Source of the DNA: Flavipsychrobacter sp. | Lineage (GTDB): Bacteria; Bacteroidota; Bacteroidia; Chitinophagales; Chitinophagaceae | DNA length: 64,000 nt | Reading direction: 5' to 3' | Assembly: GCA_044225795.1 (NCBI GenBank) | Contig: JBGAIF010000007.1 | Location: 130,095-194,094 of the forward strand | Shown here: one piece after another, positions 59,501 through 64,000 of the stretch | Position numbering within the stretch: the stretch's first letter is position 1 | How the letters are laid out: every line of letters starts with the position of its first letter | Made by a program: the position numbers and the translations under genes | The notes under the pieces: generated by a model | The model's input: the letters and a program-made list of their open reading frames with translations, nothing else | What the model was told of the DNA's origin: nothing | Databases searched by the model: none

Positions 59501-62500
59501 ACCCGGTTGATAAAGTATAAGTGATCGTACTTGTTCCGGCTGCAACACCGGTCATGAAACCCGAGCCGGAAACAATAGTGGCCACCGAAGTGTTGCTGCT
59601 GCTCCATGTGCCGCCGCCGGCATCACTAAGTGTAGTTGATAATCCCTTACAAACAACGGGAGCACCTGAAATGGCCGCGGGCAATGCATTGACCGTTGTG
59701 ACTGCCGTAGCAATACACCCGGTGGGGAGCGCATAAGTGATCACAGCCGTGCCTGCGGCAACGCCGGAAACAAGACCAACGCCTGATACCGTAGCCACAG
59801 AAGTATTACCACTAGCCCACGTACCGCCACCGGCATCACTCAATGCGGTGGTAAGCCCCGCGCAAACGGTAAGCGTGCCACTGATAGCAGATGGCAGAGG
59901 ATTAACTGTAACTGTTGCAGTAGCCGTGCAACCGCCACCTAAAGCATATGTAGCCGTAGCTGTACCGGCAGCTACGCCGGTAAGCAAACCTGACACCGAA
60001 TTTATTGTTGCTACCGATGTATTGCTTATACTCCATGCACCTCCTGTATTGGCATCACTAAGACTTGCATTACCCCCGGCACAAACGCTGAATGTACCGG
60101 TAATAGCAGATGGTACGAGATTGACGGACATTGTCATGCTGGTGAAACAAGTGGTAGGCAATGAATACGTTATGACCGTAGTGCCTACTGACATGCCGGA
60201 AACCAGTCCCGAAGAAGAACCAATGGTAGCCACAGATGTATTGCTGCTGCTCCATGTGCCGCCGCCGGCATCGCTAAGGGTAGTGGTAAATCCATTACAA
60301 ACAGACGATGCACCTGATATAGCAGAAGGCAACGGGTTTACGGTAAAGACAGTTGTAGCAACACAACCAGTTGAGATCGTATATGTAATAGTAGTTGTAC
60401 CCGCAAGAAGGCCCGACACGAACCCGGAAGAAGAACCTATGGTAGCTACACCTGTATTGCTGCTGCTCCATGTTCCACCACCCGCGTCACTGAGTGTAGT
60501 AGTAAGCCCGGCACACACACCGCCAGAACCGCTTATGGCAGACGGCAAAGGATTCACGGTGACAACAGTTGTGACTGTACAACCGGCACCTGCCGTGTAA
60601 GTGACAGTAGATGTACCTGCTGCTACGCCGGTCACGATACCGGTACCCAAGCCAATTGTGGCTACGGATGTACTACCGCTGGTCCATGTGCCGCCGCCGG
60701 TATTGCTTAAAGTAGTAGTAAGGCCGGCGCAGACCGTTTTGACACCTGTAATGGCAGATGGCAACGCATTGACCGTAACAGCCGTTGTTGTGAGACAACC
60801 AGTAGCTAATGTATATGTAACCGTAGCGGTGCCCGCTACCACACCATTCACAAGGCCTGTGCCGCTACCTACTGTGGCTATAGAAGTGTTACTGCTGGCC
60901 CATGTACCGCCACCGGCATCACTGAGTGTGGTATTAAGACCAACACAAACGCTTGTAGTACCGGATATCGCTGATGGTAACGGATTAACCGTAGCCAGTA
61001 CAGTAGCAACGCAGCCCGTAGGCAATGTATAAGTAATAGTAGTAGTTCCTGCAACCACACCCGTCATTAAACCACTTCCGGAGACGATAGTAGCAATGCT
61101 TGTGTTGTTACTGCTCCATGTGCCGCCTCCGGCATCGCTTAATGTTGCGGACAGGCCAGCACACACGACAGGCGTACCGGAAATAGCTGAAGGCAAAGGA
61201 TTGACGGTAACGACCGCAAAAGCCTGACAGCCTGTACCAAGCGTATATGTCATTGTTGCGGTACCGGGCGCCACACCACTAACCACGCCCGTGCCCGGCA
61301 CTACCGTTGCTACTGAAGTACTGCCGCTGGACCAGGTGCCACCTCCGGCATCGCTAAGAGTTGTAGTACCACTAACGCATACAGAGAGCGTACCTCCAAT
61401 AGCCGACGGCAAGGGATTGACAGTAACAGGTGTTGTAATAAAGCACCCCGTAGACAAAGTATAAGTAATAGTAGTAGTACCTGATACTAAACCTGACACT
61501 AAACCTCCACCCGATATAGTTGCCACTGTAGTATTGCTACTGGCCCAGGTGCCACCTCCGGCATCTGTAAGCGCCGTTGTAGCTCCTACACAGACATTTG
61601 GTGTACCGGAAATAGCCGACGGTAAAGGATTGACCGTAACCGGTGTAGTAGCCGTGCACCCAACTCCCAATGTATAAGTAATAGTAGCCGTTCCTGAAGC
61701 CACACCCGAAACAACGCCTGTTCCTGAAACGACCGTGGCTATAGAGGTACTGCTGCTGCTCCATGTTCCGCCACCCGCATCTGTCAGCGCTGTTGTTGCT
61801 CCTACACATACATTTGATGTACCTGTAATTGATCCGGGAAGGGCATTTACCGTCATTACCGAAGTAATAAGACAACCTGTAGATAAGGTGTACGTTATTG
61901 TAGCAGTACCCGACGCTACGCCGTTCACAACTCCGGAACCAAGTATCACAGTAGCCACCGAGGTGTTGCTGCTGGTCCACGTACCCCCTCCCGCATCGCT
62001 AAGTGTAGTAGATGACCCCACACAAACACTTGTAGCACCGGAAATAGCTGATGGCAGCGGGTTAACCGTTGCCACCGTAGTTGTTGCACAACCCGTGGAG
62101 AGCGTATATGTAATTGTTGTTGTTCCCCCTGCAACACCTGCCAGCAGACCTGTACCCAAGACCACAGTCGCTATACTGGTGTTGTTACTGGTCCAGGTAC
62201 CCCCTCCTGCATCGCTGAGTGTAGTGGACAAGCCGACACACACAATGGGAGTTCCGGAAATTGCCGAAGGAAGCGGATTGACGGTGACTACCGTTGTGGC
62301 GGTACAACCTGTGCCCAATGTGTAGGTGATCGTGGTCGTACCACTACCGGCTCCTGACACTACGCCCGTGCCCAATACAACAGTTGCAATAGATGTAGAT
62401 CCACTCGTCCACGTACCGCCTCCCGCATCTGTAAGTGAAGTACTGGAACCAACACAAACCGTTCCGGTACCGGTAATTGTTCCGGGCAGCGGATTGACTG

Positions 62501-64000
62501 TCACTACCGCAGTAATGTTACACCCTGTGCTCAAGGTATAGGTGATCGTAGAAGTGCCCTGTGCCACACCTGATACAAGTCCGCCACCTGATATAGTTGC
62601 GATACCTGTATTGCTGCTGAGCCATGTACCACCTCCTGTGCCATCGCTGAGGCCGGTAGTAGCGCCAACACATACGCTCTTTGTACCTGAAATAGCTGCA
62701 GGAAGAGCATTTACTGTTACCACTGCCGTATTGTAGCATCCGCCGCTAACTGAGTATGTGATCGTAGCGGTGCCGGCCGCGACACCGGATACAGACCCCG
62801 ATGACGAACCAACGGTTGCAATTGAAGTATTACTACTTGTCCATGTGCCGCCGGTAGTGGCATCGCTGAGTGTAGTGCTGCTGCTGACACATACTGATGC
62901 AGTACCTGTAATAGATGGCGGTGTCTGGCAAACGGTGACATGCGCCCAATATGTATCCCATATATTGGCTGTGCTTGATGCCGCCTCCTGAATGGTCCAG
63001 AAGTCCTGCTGATTGATCGGATCAAGTACCGCCGAAGAGTAGTCGCCCCAGCGATTCTTTGTACCGCTATAAGTTTTATAATAACTGTTCAATCCATGTC
63101 TGTACACCACCGGTGTACGCATAGAGTCTGCGGCATCGGTGCTGAGCCTTAGTGCATAAGCTGCGCTCGGATATGTTGATGACGAGAAAGTGGAAAAGCC
63201 CACCAATGCATCATTGTTAGTATTTACAGCTACCGACGGGAATGCATAAAATGTAGACCCTGAAGCATCATCAATAAGTCCCACCTGGTTAGGATTGCCC
63301 AGTGTGTCTATCTGCCACCATTGAATTGAAGCACGTGTTGGGTTCGCAGAAGAACTGTAAGGCAGAAATACCGTCTGTGCGAACCACAGGTAGTTATTCA
63401 TAAAAACAACCTGGTCCACGCGGTCATCATTGGTCTGCACCTTGTTGGACGTACTTGCCTGTGGCGCAAAGTCGGCACCGGTAGTCCCTGAAAACGCGTG
63501 TGACGAGTACCACCACTTGTTACCCGATATGGGGAACCCGACGGCACTCATTGATTCCGACCCGACAGCACCGGTTATCTTCCATAAGTGAACCGCACCT
63601 ACCGTACCATTCCAACTCTCAACGGCGAACATACTTCCCAACGACGAACTATAGGTCATCGCGGGGCAAATCGTGAACGAACTTGACTGGGTAAACGCCG
63701 TATATGTTGCGCCGGTACCGGCCATCAAGGCCGACTTATCGAACACAAAGACCTTGGCCCCTCCATAGCCTGTTCCGGGAGAATTCTGGAATAAGTTGCC
63801 CGTTATCGTGACCCACTTACCATTAAAACCCACATCGGGAAAGTCAAGCCAATATGTAGCAGCGGTAAAGGCACGTACGCGATACATCCACCAAGAGCCT
63901 GTAGGGTTACTCGTTTTAGAGACCGCAATAAGAATAGAAGTAGTATCTGATGAGTTATTAGCACCGGAAACAGCTACAATGAACCACTTATTTGCATAGG
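56586..64000 (-). CDS. Giant T9SS-secreted adhesin-like protein with Ig-like repeats (5' end outside window)
   Basis: Frame stays open to the window edge; RWGDYS-containing N-terminal domain, 23 repeats of about 72 aa, four further Ig-like domains, CTD VSPNPNDG..AMYLVKV..FHVVVKR. Confidence 0.9.
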   Translation of the reverse strand, partial: YANKWFIVAVSGANNSSDTTSILIAVSKTSNPTGSWWMYRVRAFTAATYWLDFPDVGFNGKWVTITGNLFQNSPGTGYGGAKVFVFDKSALMAGTGATYTAFTQSSSFTICPAMTYSSSLGSMFAVESWNGTVGAVHLWKITGAVGSESMSAVGFPISGNKWWYSSHAFSGTTGADFAPQASTSNKVQTNDDRVDQVVFMNNYLWFAQTVFLPYSSSANPTRASIQWWQIDTLGNPNQVGLIDDASGSTFYAFPSVAVNTNNDALVGFSTFSSSTYPSAAYALRLSTDAADSMRTPVVYRHGLNSYYKTYSGTKNRWGDYSSAVLDPINQQDFWTIQEAASSTANIWDTYWAHVTVCQTPPSITGTASVCVSSSTTLSDATTGGTWTSSNTSIATVGSSSGSVSGVAAGTATITYSVSGGCYNTAVVTVNALPAAISGTKSVCVGATTGLSDGTGGGTWLSSNTGIATISGGGLVSGVAQGTSTITYTLSTGCNITAVVTVNPLPGTITGTGTVCVGSSTSLTDAGGGTWTSGSTSIATVVLGTGVVSGAGSGTTTITYTLGTGCTATTVVTVNPLPSAISGTPIVCVGLSTTLSDAGGGTWTSNNTSIATVVLGTGLLAGVAGGTTTITYTLSTGCATTTVATVNPLPSAISGATSVCVGSSTTLSDAGGGTWTSSNTSVATVILGSGVVNGVASGTATITYTLSTGCLITSVMTVNALPGSITGTSNVCVGATTALTDAGGGTWSSSSTSIATVVSGTGVVSGVASGTATITYTLGVGCTATTPVTVNPLPSAISGTPNVCVGATTALTDAGGGTWASSNTTVATISGGGLVSGLVSGTTTITYTLSTGCFITTPVTVNPLPSAIGGTLSVCVSGTTTLSDAGGGTWSSGSTSVATVVPGTGVVSGVAPGTATMTYTLGTGCQAFAVVTVNPLPSAISGTPVVCAGLSATLSDAGGGTWSSNNTSIATIVSGSGLMTGVVAGTTTITYTLPTGCVATVLATVNPLPSAISGTTSVCVGLNTTLSDAGGGTWASSNTSIATVGSGTGLVNGVVAGTATVTYTLATGCLTTTAVTVNALPSAITGVKTVCAGLTTTLSNTGGGTWTSGSTSVATIGLGTGIVTGVAAGTSTVTYTAGAGCTVTTVVTVNPLPSAISGSGGVCAGLTTTLSDAGGGTWSSSNTGVATIGSSSGFVSGLLAGTTTITYTISTGCVATTVFTVNPLPSAISGASSVCNGFTTTLSDAGGGTWSSSNTSVATIGSSSGLVSGMSVGTTVITYSLPTTCFTSMTMSVNLVPSAITGTFSVCAGGNASLSDANTGGAWSISNTSVATINSVSGLLTGVAAGTATATYALGGGCTATATVTVNPLPSAISGTLTVCAGLTTALSDAGGGTWASGNTSVATVSGVGLVSGVAAGTAVITYALPTGCIATAVTTVNALPAAISGAPVVCKGLSTTLSDAGGGTWSSSNTSVATIVSGSGFMTGVAAGTSTITYTLSTGCITVVTATVNPLPSAITGTMEVCAGLTTALTDAGGGAWSSSNTSVATVSGLGVVTGVASGTSAITYTLPTGCIAVASVTVDPLPGVISGTLSVCEGLTTSLSDAGGGTWSSGNTSVATIVSGSGLATGVLAGTAAITYTLPTGCITVSVLTVNSLPAAISGATEVCALSSITLSDAGGGSWSSGNTAVATISPGSGVLSGVAAGTVSVTYTLSTGCIATTMVTVDPLPAAITGLTHVCETFTTTLSDATGTGTWSSSNTSIATIDVSGMVSGIVAGTSTISYTLPTGCYMTSVFTVDALPGAVTGVFTVCPTSTTALTDAGGGSWTSGNTAVATVGPGSGIVTGVSAGTSVITYTLPAGCTALATVTVIGLPVVPAITGAGAVCESSLITLSDALSGGVWSSGSTVTATVSSLGVVNGVLAGVANISYSATNVCGTTSAVHPVTVNPLPVVAAITGTLHTCISVSAVLSDATPSGVWSSSNTSVATVSSSGVAMGVAAGTATTSYTVTTGFGCVAGVAAVFTVNPPLPVTITPASSTTFCTGGYVMLNATTGSGFLYQWQNGGIDIPGATSSGYLVNYSGNFTVVITGIGICRSVSSPVVVTVNPLPVVVPGVSIGATPDSVLCVTTSSVTFTPFPVNGGFTPSYEWYVNGTAVSTSPSYTYSPASGDAVRVKMLSSDGCAFPDTAISVTHTFITPLMTPSVSIIPDPSDSVCAGTYTKLTASPLFGGTAPVYVWNRNGVNVSTGVAYSYIPVNGDIIVCSMTSNYTCLTGPVAVSSPITMYVSPVSANTDSIYLTTPKVANGVLDTFVAIALHGGAAPGYQWYINGVAIPGATNATYVTNVFVDGDVVTCAVTSSDPCAFPKTGSGNKLKMHVPNGSASVIDPDNNVWVSPNPNDGEFDISGKLKDLTDDHVNIVITDMLGQVVMKKKVTMNGGLFGEHVILNKTLANAMYLVKVSYGDEFRVFHVVVKR
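57935..62930 (-). repeat. 23 tandem ~216-bp coding repeats (Big_2-like)
   Basis: Consensus VNPLPSAISG..VC.G.TTTLSDAGGGTWSSSNTSVATV...G.V.GV..GT.TITYTL.TGC. Confidence 0.93.

Noticed and set aside
58228-62736. Series of plus-strand ORFs with repeating PPPASLSVV units
   Set aside because: Antisense read-out of the adhesin's 216-bp repeats.

Overview
Core-genome segment of a Bacteroidota chromosome, probably Chitinophagales (inference). The assignment rests on repeated TAnnTTTG -7 promoter motifs and four proteins with T9SS C-terminal sorting domains. The window holds about 57 CDS and one tRNA-Leu(CAA); housekeeping genes include rarA, hscB, kdsA, an RlmI-type methyltransferase, hisS, sdaA, tmk, a DEAD-box helicase and an ABC-F protein. 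No CRISPR array, rRNA, integrase or transposase was found. The most unusual parts are: (1) a low-GC, 1265-aa orphan gene (45482-49279) with a nuclease-like / degenerate-NTPase / helical layout, a candidate single-gene defence system; it is followed by a palindrome-rich tandem duplication and lies near an apparent GC-skew switch. (2) A ParE-like toxin-antitoxin cassette bracketed by 39-bp direct repeats just after the tRNA. (3) A 153-bp duplication of the promoter and 5' end of the DEAD-box helicase, enclosing two REP-like palindromes. (4) A candidate switch RNA with mutually exclusive hairpins. (5) An ECF sigma / anti-sigma / Spy-like operon contiguous with MbnP-MbnH. (6) A prokaryotic pentameric ligand-gated ion channel. 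All family calls come from motif recognition by eye, not from database searches.
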